IMG/VR virus record: IMGVR_UViG_3300027586_001442
Location: 1-54,992 of that record
Source: a virus
Lineage: Duplodnaviria; Caudoviricetes
DNA: 54,992 nt
Reading direction: 5' to 3' (one strand)
Position numbers and translations under genes: made by a program. This document shows, in pieces, positions 1 to 9,036 of the stretch (position 1 is its first letter; each line of letters starts with the position of its first letter). A model generated the notes under the pieces. It had not been told where the DNA came from. It worked only from the letters and a program-made list of their open reading frames with translations, and did no database searches.

Positions 1-195
1 GTGGGAGCCGGGCCGAACGTGAAACTCGCAGGAGATATTGTGGGAGCCGGGCCGAACGTGAAACTCGCGGGCGATATTGTGGGAGCGGCACCGAACGTGA
101 AACTTGCGGGCGATATTGTGGGAGCCGGACCGAACGTGAAACTCGCGGGCGATATTGTGGGAGCCGGGCCGAAAGTGAAACTGACAGGGGATATG
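1..195 (-). repeat. 39-bp tandem repeat, about 5 copies visible, coding PTISPASFTFGPA
   Basis: Unit GTGGGAGCCGGGCCGAACGTGAAACTCGCRGGMGATATT at 1, 40, 79, 118 and 157 (degenerate); may continue past the window edge. Confidence 0.95.
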
Positions 196-1352
196 CTCGG
201 AGGCACGAAGGATATCACCGGAGGAACAATGTTTATTATGCTTGGAATATTTATGTCTGTGCCGCCTATTGGCGTAACATTCAAGCATGGGAAGACTATC
301 TGCGGAAGTTCTATTTGCGGATTGGCCGGCACAAAGTCCGGGATTGTTATTTCCGGAAAATTGGGAACTTGAGGAATTTCTAATATAAAGGTAGTTGTTA
401 CGGGAATTTTCGGAACGGTGGATTTGTCTCTTGAGATGGGGGTTTGCACAACAGTGCAGTCGCTTCCGACGACGGTCACGACGGGATCTATATTCGCTCC
501 CGAGGCGTAGGTGTGTGTTCCTGATTGAATGGAACTGGTGGACTGTCCGTCACCAAAGTCAAGCATGAACGTGCTGAAAGTCCCGTTGACGATGACGCTA
601 TACTGCATCGTAGTTACCCTGCACCCCTCTGGATCTTGGGACACATTCGTCTCCAAGGTCACATCTGCACAGTAGGCGTCGTCCGAACAAACGGGTTCAT
701 CCTCCAGTTTGGCTATTTTGTCCTCCAGGTCAAATATGTACCTTTCTATTGACATGGTCGCATCTACAATTTGGTTGTGATGCTCCGCCACAACAAAGCC
801 CCGAACCCAAGTGCCGGAAGGATTGAATTTCGTGGGCTTGCCCCCCATGCTCCTCAGGCATCTTTTGAGCTTGAATGTCTTTCCCTCTAGTTCAAGTACC
901 GTAGATCCGTTCTCGTATCCTATTCCCGGCTTAACCACCTCCACTCTTTCTATTGATCCGCCCGACACAACAGCCTTCAGTCCGGCGCCCGTTCCCTTGC
1001 CCTTTACCGCGATCTCCGGGAGACAGTATCCTTGTCCCCCGCTCAGCACAGATATAGACAAGATGGAGCCCTTTGAATCCACCTTGACATTGCCGAATGT
1101 AGCGCCACTTCCTGCGGGAACATTTTTTTCCACCGCATCATAGTAAAACATCTCTCCGGATATGTTGGCGAAACCGTTTTCGGCCCATATCTCCTGCTGG
1201 CAGTCGCCCACCGGGACTATCCGTATCTCCTCTTCCCAGGCCGAGTTCTCTGCGGTGGTTCTGGCCTCGCTCGTGTTGTATACGAGGTAGAGGGTTCGGT
1301 CGGAGTCTAGTGCTAGCGGGTAAGCTATTTGTGGGGGGAATCCAGTTGGCAT
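1..1352 (-). CDS. Virion structural/fibre-like protein with PKD-like domain and 13-aa repeats; 3' end runs off the window
   Basis: Not in the ORF track (no stop in window). Manual translation from ATG at 1352: MPTGFPPQIAYPLALDSDRTLYLVYN...GTWVRGFVVAEHHNQIVDATMSIE...FMLDFGDGQSTS...GTHTY...(PTISPASFTFGPA)n. N-terminal domain is shared with the two upstream genes. Confidence 0.8.
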   Translation of the reverse strand, partial: MPTGFPPQIAYPLALDSDRTLYLVYNTSEARTTAENSAWEEEIRIVPVGDCQQEIWAENGFANISGEMFYYDAVEKNVPAGSGATFGNVKVDSKGSILSISVLSGGQGYCLPEIAVKGKGTGAGLKAVVSGGSIERVEVVKPGIGYENGSTVLELEGKTFKLKRCLRSMGGKPTKFNPSGTWVRGFVVAEHHNQIVDATMSIERYIFDLEDKIAKLEDEPVCSDDAYCADVTLETNVSQDPEGCRVTTMQYSVIVNGTFSTFMLDFGDGQSTSSIQSGTHTYASGANIDPVVTVVGSDCTVVQTPISRDKSTVPKIPVTTTFILEIPQVPNFPEITIPDFVPANPQIELPQIVFPCLNVTPIGGTDINIPSIINIVPPVISFVPPSISPVSFTFGPAPTISPASFTFGPAPTISPASFTFGAAPTISPASFTFGPAPTISPASFTFGPAP

Positions 1353-1362
1353 GGTTTGTTAT

Positions 1363-3636
1363 TTAGTAAATTCCCATCTTAAATTGGGACCCTGATGGTC
1401 TTGTCCTTACGACCGAAAAAGTCAGGTCTGTTCCATCGAATTTTATGAAGGCCTTGGGGCTGTAGTCGTAACTGAGGTATGCGGCCCTGTCTCCATCCGA
1501 AACCGCGAGGAGCGTGTTTGATCTGTCATCAAATCCCGACACGGAAAAGTCCTGCAGCGATCTGAAGGAGACCGAGGAGGAGTTTGCCCGCCCGACCTCC
1601 CATGTGAGGGAGGTGTCGTTCCAGGCGCATATTTCTCCAGTATTGTTGAACAGAAAGACTCCGTTGGAGAGCGCGACGAGCTGGCCCTCTAGTTTGACGG
1701 ATCCGACGATGCTGGGCAGCTTGGTGATTGTTCCGAACGGACTCGAGAGACTTCCGTTTGTTCTGTAGAAATCCGAAAGCCTGAAGAACTCATTCACTGA
1801 AGAATTGCGAATTATGTACCCCGAAGAATCCTTCCATGCCGTTCTGTAAACTGCGAAGTTGCCGTTGGTGGCCGTTCCCGACTCATCAAAAAACGAGGGG
1901 TGATTAAGAAGCTCGTCGGCACCATTTTCAAACGCAGAGAACTGCAGGGTTGTCGGCGTCAAGGCCGTCTGAGTCGCAAGGTCGTAGTCCAGTCTTTGCG
2001 GGAAGGCCATGTTCGTTCCTAACGGGCTTTGATCCTCCCCAAACAGAAAGTAGGTTTTGTCGGCAGAATTCAATGCCGCCCAGTTCCATGGCCTGTTAGA
2101 TATGTCTGGCACGCTTTCGTAGTGGTCATCAAATGCGTTGTACTTCTTTATGTGGATTTTCTTTCCGTCCACCACAGCCCCACCGCCCGCCCACATCAGA
2201 AGGGAATTCCCCCCGCCGCCCGAACTTCCGGTTCCAGCCTGGACGAATTCTACATTTCCGGCGAATTCCCTTTTCGACCTCGCCAGAGTATCGGAGTAGT
2301 AGTCCTCGGATCCGTAGTGTTCTAAAAATGAATTGTCTCTGCTTACCTGAAGCGTCTGTGAGCCGAGCGTCTTGAATGTCTCGCTCTGAAGGCCAAATTC
2401 ATAGGCCTTGACAACGCCGCTTCCGTTGGCATTCAAAGAGGTGTGGTTGAACATCCATAGGTTGCTTGATTCGACGATGTCAATTGAGTTCGTGTACTTG
2501 GTTATCCTGTAAGCCCCGTAGCTCGTGTCCACCCTGAGATTTATGTCGTAGTAACCCCCGAGGCTGTACGAGGCCTTGGCTATCCTGGAGTTGGAATGGG
2601 GAAGATCATCTCCCAAAGACCACGTGTACTCCTCGATCGGATCTATCGGACTTCCGTTGCCGTCAACTTTCTCTCCCGAGTACCTGTATCCCGGATTGGA
2701 GGGATTGAGACCGGAAGGCACCTCCATCTCCACGAAAGTGTTCGCCACAGATCTTATTCTCGGAAAGATTCCCTGAGCGACATCTCCCTGGTAGTAATTC
2801 TGCGAAGCCCTGTGGTTTATCTGTATCACAGCCGGATCGGGACAATCGCCTCTTGCGCTTATCATGTTCACGAACTCTACCGAATCGTCGCCGTGTTCAT
2901 TCTCCACCGTCAGCCTCACCGTATAAGTTCCGGGGGACAAGTATGTCTTTGTCACAGAGCCTCCCGATATGGAGACTCCTCCGACAAATTCGTTACTTGA
3001 CGTAAAATCCGAAGATCCGTCGTACTCCCGAATCAGGTCGGGCCCCTCCCCAAATCTCCAGGTCATTGTTATCTTGCCGTCGCCAAGTCTGAAACTCTCG
3101 TTTTTGAAAGTGACTTTCAGGGGGGCGAGCCCGACCGTCGAATCAGAGGAAAACCAGACCCTTGGGGAAAGGGCAAGCCTCTCCACGTATTTTATCCTTC
3201 CGGTGATGGTTTCGTCGTCCTCGCCGTCGTATCTCGTCCCTAGGAAGTACTGTGTTAAAATCAGGCCGTCTTTGAGATGATTGTGATGTCTGTCTATAAC
3301 ATTCATCGTGACATTTGTTGTTCTTCTTGGTTTGACAACATCAAGATCTTTGAACTCTTCTATGATTTCAAGTTCGTCAAAACTTGTGGATGTCTTGGAA
3401 TTGTAGTAGAAACTCAAAGCCCTCTTGTCTATGTCCTCGCACTGCTCCGTAAGCGTTATGAGTCCGTTCGGGGGAAACTTATACATGACTGACTCTTCGC
3501 CCTCTACTATTATTGAAGTGTCTCCGGGGCTGTAGTCCTCCAGAAGCCTGACCCTCAGCGCATCGTGGACAAGGAAGAGGTTTTTGTCGTCGTCAAAGGT
3601 CTTCGGGAAATCGCTGGTTTTCGGCATGTTGGCCAT
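1363..3636 (-). CDS. PKD-domain virion protein (757 aa)
   Basis: GLAPLKVTFKNES...WRFGEG...TYLSPGTYTVRLTVENEHG and WSLGDD...Y..GGYYDINLRV are PKD/Ig-like signatures; lies downstream of the baseplate genes. Confidence 0.75.
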   Translation of the reverse strand: MANMPKTSDFPKTFDDDKNLFLVHDALRVRLLEDYSPGDTSIIVEGEESVMYKFPPNGLITLTEQCEDIDKRALSFYYNSKTSTSFDELEIIEEFKDLDVVKPRRTTNVTMNVIDRHHNHLKDGLILTQYFLGTRYDGEDDETITGRIKYVERLALSPRVWFSSDSTVGLAPLKVTFKNESFRLGDGKITMTWRFGEGPDLIREYDGSSDFTSSNEFVGGVSISGGSVTKTYLSPGTYTVRLTVENEHGDDSVEFVNMISARGDCPDPAVIQINHRASQNYYQGDVAQGIFPRIRSVANTFVEMEVPSGLNPSNPGYRYSGEKVDGNGSPIDPIEEYTWSLGDDLPHSNSRIAKASYSLGGYYDINLRVDTSYGAYRITKYTNSIDIVESSNLWMFNHTSLNANGSGVVKAYEFGLQSETFKTLGSQTLQVSRDNSFLEHYGSEDYYSDTLARSKREFAGNVEFVQAGTGSSGGGGNSLLMWAGGGAVVDGKKIHIKKYNAFDDHYESVPDISNRPWNWAALNSADKTYFLFGEDQSPLGTNMAFPQRLDYDLATQTALTPTTLQFSAFENGADELLNHPSFFDESGTATNGNFAVYRTAWKDSSGYIIRNSSVNEFFRLSDFYRTNGSLSSPFGTITKLPSIVGSVKLEGQLVALSNGVFLFNNTGEICAWNDTSLTWEVGRANSSSVSFRSLQDFSVSGFDDRSNTLLAVSDGDRAAYLSYDYSPKAFIKFDGTDLTFSVVRTRPSGSQFKMGIY

Positions 3637-4622
3637 CAGGACACCTCCAGTATTTCGCTGAGAAAAACTCTTTTGACCTTGTCTCCCGCAAACACCAGCA
3701 GCAATGATGGCTCGTATAAACCTGGACTCTGGTACGTGTGAGACACTTCGTGCTTCGCCGGATCATCCTCCCTAAGGCTCTCCCCGTCGCCGAACACCCA
3801 GAACCTCTGAAGTATGTCCCCGTCCGACTGGTCAACCAAACTGTAAGTAAGAGCCGGCGAATTGAGTTTCTTTGCATAGAAGAAAGACGGCTTCTCGTCT
3901 TCCGAAACGGTCAGGCAATTGGTCTTCGTGGATATTCCCTGGGCTCCCGTACTTGTGACTATGTGAAGTCGCACCGTGTACACCCCTTCTTTGGCATAGG
4001 CGTAGGTCGGATTCTTTTCCGTGCTCTGTCCGCCGTCTCCGAAGTCCCAAAGGTTTCTGATTACATCTCCTTCGGAAAAGTTCTGGAACCTGATCGTACT
4101 TCCCGGCCTTACCACTCTCGGATACGACCTGAAAACCGCCTTGGGAGACAGAAATTTGAGTTCCATATTCTTCAGTCTTCTGTTGAGGCTCCCTGAATCG
4201 GGGTTGGTTTCAAGCCCCACTCTTTTTTCTATGTTTATGATCGCGTCCTTGACGGCGTTGTGCGGCTCGGCCGTCACTGCGTTTGTGGCCCAAGTTCCCG
4301 AAGGCCATTGGTTCTGTCTTGATCCGGCAAACCCCCTCACAAGATCCTTAAATGCATTTTCGGTCTTTGAGCCGTAGTAGATCAGCTCCGCCTCGCCCGC
4401 CACTCCCGAGGGCAATCCCACTCTTATTATGCCCGTCGGTGGAAAAAGGGATGTGTCCTCCACTATTATTTTCTTGCCGTTGTAGGGGAGTCCCGTCCTC
4501 AATACGGTCTCCGCGTTGTTCCTAACCTCGTACAGGCTGTCCTTGTCGTCCAAGACGTCGGGAAAAAGAGAAAGCTTCCCGGCCACATAACCCACATCCA
4601 AACTAGATGGTCTTTCACTCAT
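3636..4622 (-). CDS. Two-PKD-domain virion protein (328 aa)
   Basis: WDFGDGGQSTEKNPTYAYAKEGVYTVRL and WVFGDG...HTYQSPGLY; stop overlaps the next start. Confidence 0.8.
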   Translation of the reverse strand: MSERPSSLDVGYVAGKLSLFPDVLDDKDSLYEVRNNAETVLRTGLPYNGKKIIVEDTSLFPPTGIIRVGLPSGVAGEAELIYYGSKTENAFKDLVRGFAGSRQNQWPSGTWATNAVTAEPHNAVKDAIINIEKRVGLETNPDSGSLNRRLKNMELKFLSPKAVFRSYPRVVRPGSTIRFQNFSEGDVIRNLWDFGDGGQSTEKNPTYAYAKEGVYTVRLHIVTSTGAQGISTKTNCLTVSEDEKPSFFYAKKLNSPALTYSLVDQSDGDILQRFWVFGDGESLREDDPAKHEVSHTYQSPGLYEPSLLLVFAGDKVKRVFLSEILEVS

Positions 4623-5283
4623 CGTTTTTTTCCTTGACGGACAACTTCGCCTGCTCGCTGACGAGGAGTGCCCTGTTTTGTATCTGCTCCAATATTCCTA
4701 TCATTTCCTTTCTGGTCGCGGATTCCGAATCCATCGCAAGTATGCACTTCACCAAGTCCAGGTCCAGGGGCTTCTGCAAAAGAATCCTCAATTGAAGTTC
4801 CTGGGCAAAATTCTCATTCCAGTAGTGGGCGTTAGCTTCCGGGTCATCGTGCCTCTTGAGAGGCTCTATCTTCTCAAGCTGGCTGTAGGCTCCGAGGAAA
4901 AAGCTCGTCTCCTCCTCGGTCTCAAGGAGCTTCTTCCTCATGTCGTCGATGGTGTCCTGGAGAACGGCCTTTTTACGGGAAAGTTTCCTTTTCTGAATGG
5001 CTTTGTACTCCCTATGTAGTTCATTTTTCTCTTTCTTTTTTTCCAAAACAACCATTTTGAGACCAAGCATTTTTAGCTCATCCTCGGCCTCCTCGATGCC
5101 TAAAATCATTGATTTCATGGAACCTTTTCGGGCATCTATCTCGCGAAGACACTTCTGCATTTTGGCCTGCGTGGTGAGTTCCTTTCCAAGTACGAAATGC
5201 TTCAACTGGTAGAAAGTATGCCTAGAACAGACCGGCCTGGATTCAACAAGATCGCAGGCTAACTTATAAATTTCACTTGACAT
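4615..5283 (-). CDS. Hypothetical coiled-coil protein
   Basis: Long ORF; GGAG 7 nt upstream of ATG 5283 (track starts at TTG 5295); central helical, charged region. Confidence 0.7.
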   Translation of the reverse strand: MSSEIYKLACDLVESRPVCSRHTFYQLKHFVLGKELTTQAKMQKCLREIDARKGSMKSMILGIEEAEDELKMLGLKMVVLEKKKEKNELHREYKAIQKRKLSRKKAVLQDTIDDMRKKLLETEEETSFFLGAYSQLEKIEPLKRHDDPEANAHYWNENFAQELQLRILLQKPLDLDLVKCILAMDSESATRKEMIGILEQIQNRALLVSEQAKLSVKEKNDE

Positions 5284-5337
5284 TTTTTGCTCCAATGGGT
5301 ATTGTCTATCCTATTAGAGAAAAAATATCCAAAAAAC

Positions 5338-5874
5338 ATGAACAGACTCAGAAATCAGCGCGTCTACCTTGCTGGAGCCATAGATCGGGTGGCGGACAGG
5401 GGGTTCGGATGGAGGGACAGCATAACTCCCTTCTTGAAAGACCTCGGGGTGGTCGTATTCAACCCGCTTAATAAGCCAGGGGACCTCGGAGCCGAGGACG
5501 ACACCACCCACCAGGTGAAGAATCTCCTGAAGCAGAGCAAGAAATACGAAGAGTTCTCCAATATGATGAAGACCATCAGGGCAGTGGACCTAAGACTCGT
5601 CGATATAAGCGATTTTCTCATAGTCAATCTAGATATCAACACCCATCCCTGCGGAACCCTCGAGGAGATATTCCTGGCCAACCGCTCCAAGAAGCCGGTT
5701 CTGATAAGGATGGAGCAAGGAAAGAATCAAACCCCCGACTGGCTATTCGGGACACTGCCCCACAGCATGTTCTTTTCCACATGGGATGAGGTGAGGGAGT
5801 ATCTCTCGCACATAGATACAGACACATTCATCAACTGTGAAAACAGGTGGAGATTCTTCAATCTCCTTGTCTAG
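5338..5874 (+). CDS. Nucleoside 2-deoxyribosyltransferase-like protein
   Basis: VYLAGAID...VFNP...DLRLVDISDFLIV...GTLEEIFLA..SKKPV matches the NDT/Rcl N-glycosidase fold; likely start MNRLRNQ at 5338. Confidence 0.8.
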   Translation: MNRLRNQRVYLAGAIDRVADRGFGWRDSITPFLKDLGVVVFNPLNKPGDLGAEDDTTHQVKNLLKQSKKYEEFSNMMKTIRAVDLRLVDISDFLIVNLDINTHPCGTLEEIFLANRSKKPVLIRMEQGKNQTPDWLFGTLPHSMFFSTWDEVREYLSHIDTDTFINCENRWRFFNLLV

Positions 5875-6446
5875 CAGATTTTTATTCCGAGTATTGCCTT
5901 GAATGTGGCTCCCTTATCCGCCGCATCAAGCGACCAGAATTCGCGCGATATCTTCAGTGGATTTTCAGAAAGTTTACCCACTTTCAAGAAAAAATCTCTG
6001 TCCACCATGATTCCATTCAGGGTGCATTCCGCGAAGGTGTTGTAGATTTTCGTCGGGATACCCGCCTTGTCATAGTTCATCACTATGGGGAAAAGGATGT
6101 CGGTGTTCTTTTCCATCCAGCTTGAATATCTGTACTGGACGCTTCTTGGAAGCCACGCACCCTCAATTATCAACATCGTCCAGCCCGACTTGGAATTCTT
6201 GATGCCGTTGTTTATGAGGGATGTGATCGTCTCGCCCCCCCTGAACGCCGTACAAACCTCGTTCATCTCGTCCAACTGCGGTTTCTTGATGTCCTTTCTA
6301 ACAGAACAGACGATGTCCGCGTCCTCTTTGTAGTTATTCTTGATTGATCTGACAGTGCCCCTCAGACGGCCTATGTTGGGATCGGGCGACAGAATAACGA
6401 AGCTAATATCTATTTCCCTTTTTCCTCTGTACATCTGCCTTTTCAA
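5871..6446 (-). CDS. Degenerate GT-A (GT2-like) glycosyltransferase-fold protein
   Basis: ISFVILSP...LRGTVRSIK...LINNGIKNSKSGWTMLIIEG resembles the GT2 N-terminal half, but there is no DxD motif. Confidence 0.45.
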   Translation of the reverse strand: MKRQMYRGKREIDISFVILSPDPNIGRLRGTVRSIKNNYKEDADIVCSVRKDIKKPQLDEMNEVCTAFRGGETITSLINNGIKNSKSGWTMLIIEGAWLPRSVQYRYSSWMEKNTDILFPIVMNYDKAGIPTKIYNTFAECTLNGIMVDRDFFLKVGKLSENPLKISREFWSLDAADKGATFKAILGIKIC

Positions 6447-6505
6447 TTTGAGCTTGAACTGCTGCTTGGGTCCGAACTGGAACTGCTTGGGGTGTCAATG
6501 TCGTT

Positions 6506-8485
6506 TTAGGTTGAACTGCTAGCCGTGACATCTGCCGAGCCACCGGCATACCCAGATCTCGCATTCATGATCGTCGCGGTTGAACTCGTTCCAGGAGCCA
6601 CGCCGGTCACCGTGACCAGGCCAGTTCCGCTGATCGCTACCGAGCCCGATGCCGTTGCCGTACCGAACCATATGTAGGCGGCGTCATAGTTGCTGATCAC
6701 AACAGTGAAACCATCAGCCGTTGCTGTCGTGCTTCCAAATGTTGGAGTTAACGCAGCACCCGGCGGCGTGATCGCCGTGATATCTGCCGAGCCACCGGCA
6801 TACCCAGGCCTCGTCATCGTGATCGTCGCGGTTGAACTCGTTCCAGGAGCCACGCCGGTCACCGTGACCAAACCCGTGCTGCTGATCGCTACCGAGCCCG
6901 ATGTTACTGAACTGTCCCATGTGAAGTAGACGGCGTCGTAGTTGGTTATCTGGACCGTGAAGCCATCAGCCGTTACTGTTGTGCTTCCAAATTCTGGCAT
7001 CGGCGTTGGCCCCCACGCGTCCGGCATCGGCGTGAGCGTTGGCGTGGGTGTTGGCGTTTCTGGCATCGGCGTTGGTGGTATCCAAGGCCCCCACGCGTCC
7101 GGCGTGAGCGTTGGCGTGGGTGTTGGCGTTTGAGTTGGCGTGAGTGTAGGCGTTGGCGTTGAACTGCTTGAACTCGGGGATTCAGTGATAATCTCCGCGA
7201 CTTGACTTACTATCGTTTCTCCACCTAACACATAAAGTTCTACCCTATATTTTCTTCCCGGCACATACGATCCTGGGTTGGTTACAACCAACGAACCGTT
7301 AGCATTAATTATTCCATCTAAATTTATAGATGAAAAGAAAGTTCCTGCCGAGTCGGTCTCTAATAACCAAGTCACTCCATCATCGCTATATTTCCAAAGA
7401 CGATTTGGTATTTGTTTGCGAGTTTGATAAGAAAAATCAAACTCCACTTCTGACGACAAATATTGATTAGAAGGCTGTACAGTCCACTCAAAAGGCGTGG
7501 GCGTGGGTGTGGGCGTTTGAGTTGGCGTGCTTGTCAGTGTTGGAGTGAGTGTGGGCGTTGGTGTAGGCGGTGCGCTGCTTGAACTGCTTGAACTGCTTGA
7601 AACCGCGCCAGAGGAACTTGAACTGGACATGGCTTGTGGCGGGAGAATCATTTCATCAAAATCTATCCTTATCACATCGCTCGGCGAGAGCGACCTGTTT
7701 AGTTCAAACGTACCCTCCGCAGGGTTCTCCGATGCTATATTGGTGTTGATCCATGCGGCCGCGGGAAAGACGGCAATGCCACCCGAGTTGGGTATGGTGA
7801 CGGGGACGGACAAGTAGTTGAGAACCTTGACTGGAACACCCGTCATCCTCAGTCCGTTCACATAAACTCTGAGCGACCCCGTCTTGAACGGCGTGTTCAC
7901 CGCTGTGGTTCTGTAGTTTTTGAAGGTCGGTCCAGACGGAATGTCGTATGCAGGAATGAGGTTGTGGTTGTGCCTATGAGCCGCATCCGGCGGGAAAACG
8001 GAATGGAGGCGAACCGTATCTGGGTTCTGGAATTCCATGAATATTGTGGAAGACCTCCTGAACTTCAGCACTCCGTTGCTGCCTGAAGGCGGGATGGTTA
8101 CGAAATTATTTGATCCCGGCTCGTAGTCCTCTATCTCTATCTCCAGCTTGTTTGCCTCGCTCAAAACGCCCTGAAGCTTTGCGCGTTCACTATCGGTCAT
8201 GCGGACGAATCCGTCGCCATCCATGTGGCTTGCCATGCTGTGATTCGCGTCGTCCACCGCATCTGTCTTGATATTACCCGCCGCATCCAGCGAATTGTCA
8301 AGCCTGGCATTGAGGGATCCGGCACTGCCTGATGCCCCGCGGAGGATGTCGGTGTTTATGTCCACCTGTATGTTGACAAGGCCGATCCGGTCCAGGATGT
8401 TTCTCAGGGGAAGATTGTCATAGTGGACATGATAGGGCTGATCTGCCTGGTAAAGAACCTCGGGTATGCTTTGTATGTCGGGCAT
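6506..8485 (-). CDS. Modular virion/fibre protein: phage N-terminal part, Ser/PT linkers, Ig-like domain, duplicated beta-rich C-terminal domain
   Basis: SLRVYVNGLR...DVIRIDF phage module, then SSSSS/PTPT tracts, an Ig-like block (WTVQPS...WKYSDDGVTW...KYRV), and two copies of FGSTT.TADGFTV.I.NYDA.Y. Confidence 0.75.
   Translation of the reverse strand: MPDIQSIPEVLYQADQPYHVHYDNLPLRNILDRIGLVNIQVDINTDILRGASGSAGSLNARLDNSLDAAGNIKTDAVDDANHSMASHMDGDGFVRMTDSERAKLQGVLSEANKLEIEIEDYEPGSNNFVTIPPSGSNGVLKFRRSSTIFMEFQNPDTVRLHSVFPPDAAHRHNHNLIPAYDIPSGPTFKNYRTTAVNTPFKTGSLRVYVNGLRMTGVPVKVLNYLSVPVTIPNSGGIAVFPAAAWINTNIASENPAEGTFELNRSLSPSDVIRIDFDEMILPPQAMSSSSSSGAVSSSSSSSSSAPPTPTPTLTPTLTSTPTQTPTPTPTPFEWTVQPSNQYLSSEVEFDFSYQTRKQIPNRLWKYSDDGVTWLLETDSAGTFFSSINLDGIINANGSLVVTNPGSYVPGRKYRVELYVLGGETIVSQVAEIITESPSSSSSTPTPTLTPTQTPTPTPTLTPDAWGPWIPPTPMPETPTPTPTLTPMPDAWGPTPMPEFGSTTVTADGFTVQITNYDAVYFTWDSSVTSGSVAISSTGLVTVTGVAPGTSSTATITMTRPGYAGGSADITAITPPGAALTPTFGSTTATADGFTVVISNYDAAYIWFGTATASGSVAISGTGLVTVTGVAPGTSSTATIMNARSGYAGGSADVTASSST
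6526..6995 (-). repeat. About 250-bp direct repeat (two copies of an ~84-aa domain)
   Basis: ATCTGCCGAGCCACCGGCATACCCA at ~6530 and ~6782, with near identity extending ~200 bp. Confidence 0.9.
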
Positions 8486-8553
8486 TTCAGTCCTCTTGTC
8501 TTTTGGGTTTTCAAGCCGGATGGCACTCTATCTACGCCACCCGGACGGTGTTT

Positions 8554-9024
8554 TCAGAGGAATGAAATGCGCCAGTTGAAGGTCAGCTGCATCTGCTGCG
8601 TCTTGGATATGCCAGGGAAGGTCGCCATGCTGTACAGGTCGCCGTTCTGCATCTGAAGAGCCATCTCATTGAGATTGAACCCGTTTCCCTCGCTGAAGGC
8701 CACCACGGATGTGAATATCACCTGGGATTCGTTGTTGACGTCTATGTTTGCCACAACGGGCTTGGACACCCTCGTCGTTCCGAACAGGCCGTTCCTGTCA
8801 GTTTGAACCAACTTCGGAGCCGAGCCCGTGGTTCCTCCGTCTCCGAAGAGCATCCTGTTGACAAAGAAGTCAAAGTCGGAGCCGATTCTGTTGGCAAGCG
8901 ACAGAGCCAGTGCCTCCCTGCCCTTCTTCAGAATGGCATTGCGAAACTCCAGAACATCGCTCGTTCCGTCCTCGTAACCGACAACCATCTGCACATCGCC
9001 CCTGCACGCCTGTGATTCTTCCAT
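8554..9024 (-). CDS. Tail-fibre attachment/collar-like protein (DUF3751-like)
   Basis: NAILKKGREALA...FGDGG...LNEMAL...LYSMATFPGISK...FNWRISF pattern; directly follows the wedge gene. Confidence 0.55.
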   Translation of the reverse strand: MEESQACRGDVQMVVGYEDGTSDVLEFRNAILKKGREALALSLANRIGSDFDFFVNRMLFGDGGTTGSAPKLVQTDRNGLFGTTRVSKPVVANIDVNNESQVIFTSVVAFSEGNGFNLNEMALQMQNGDLYSMATFPGISKTQQMQLTFNWRISFL

Positions 9025-9036
9025 TTTCTTTCCTCG

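Noticed and set aside
1-372. Plus-strand repeat ORF (GAGPNVKLAGDIV)n
   Set aside because: It is the antisense shadow of the minus-strand gene starting at 1352, which fits the operon and has paralogues.
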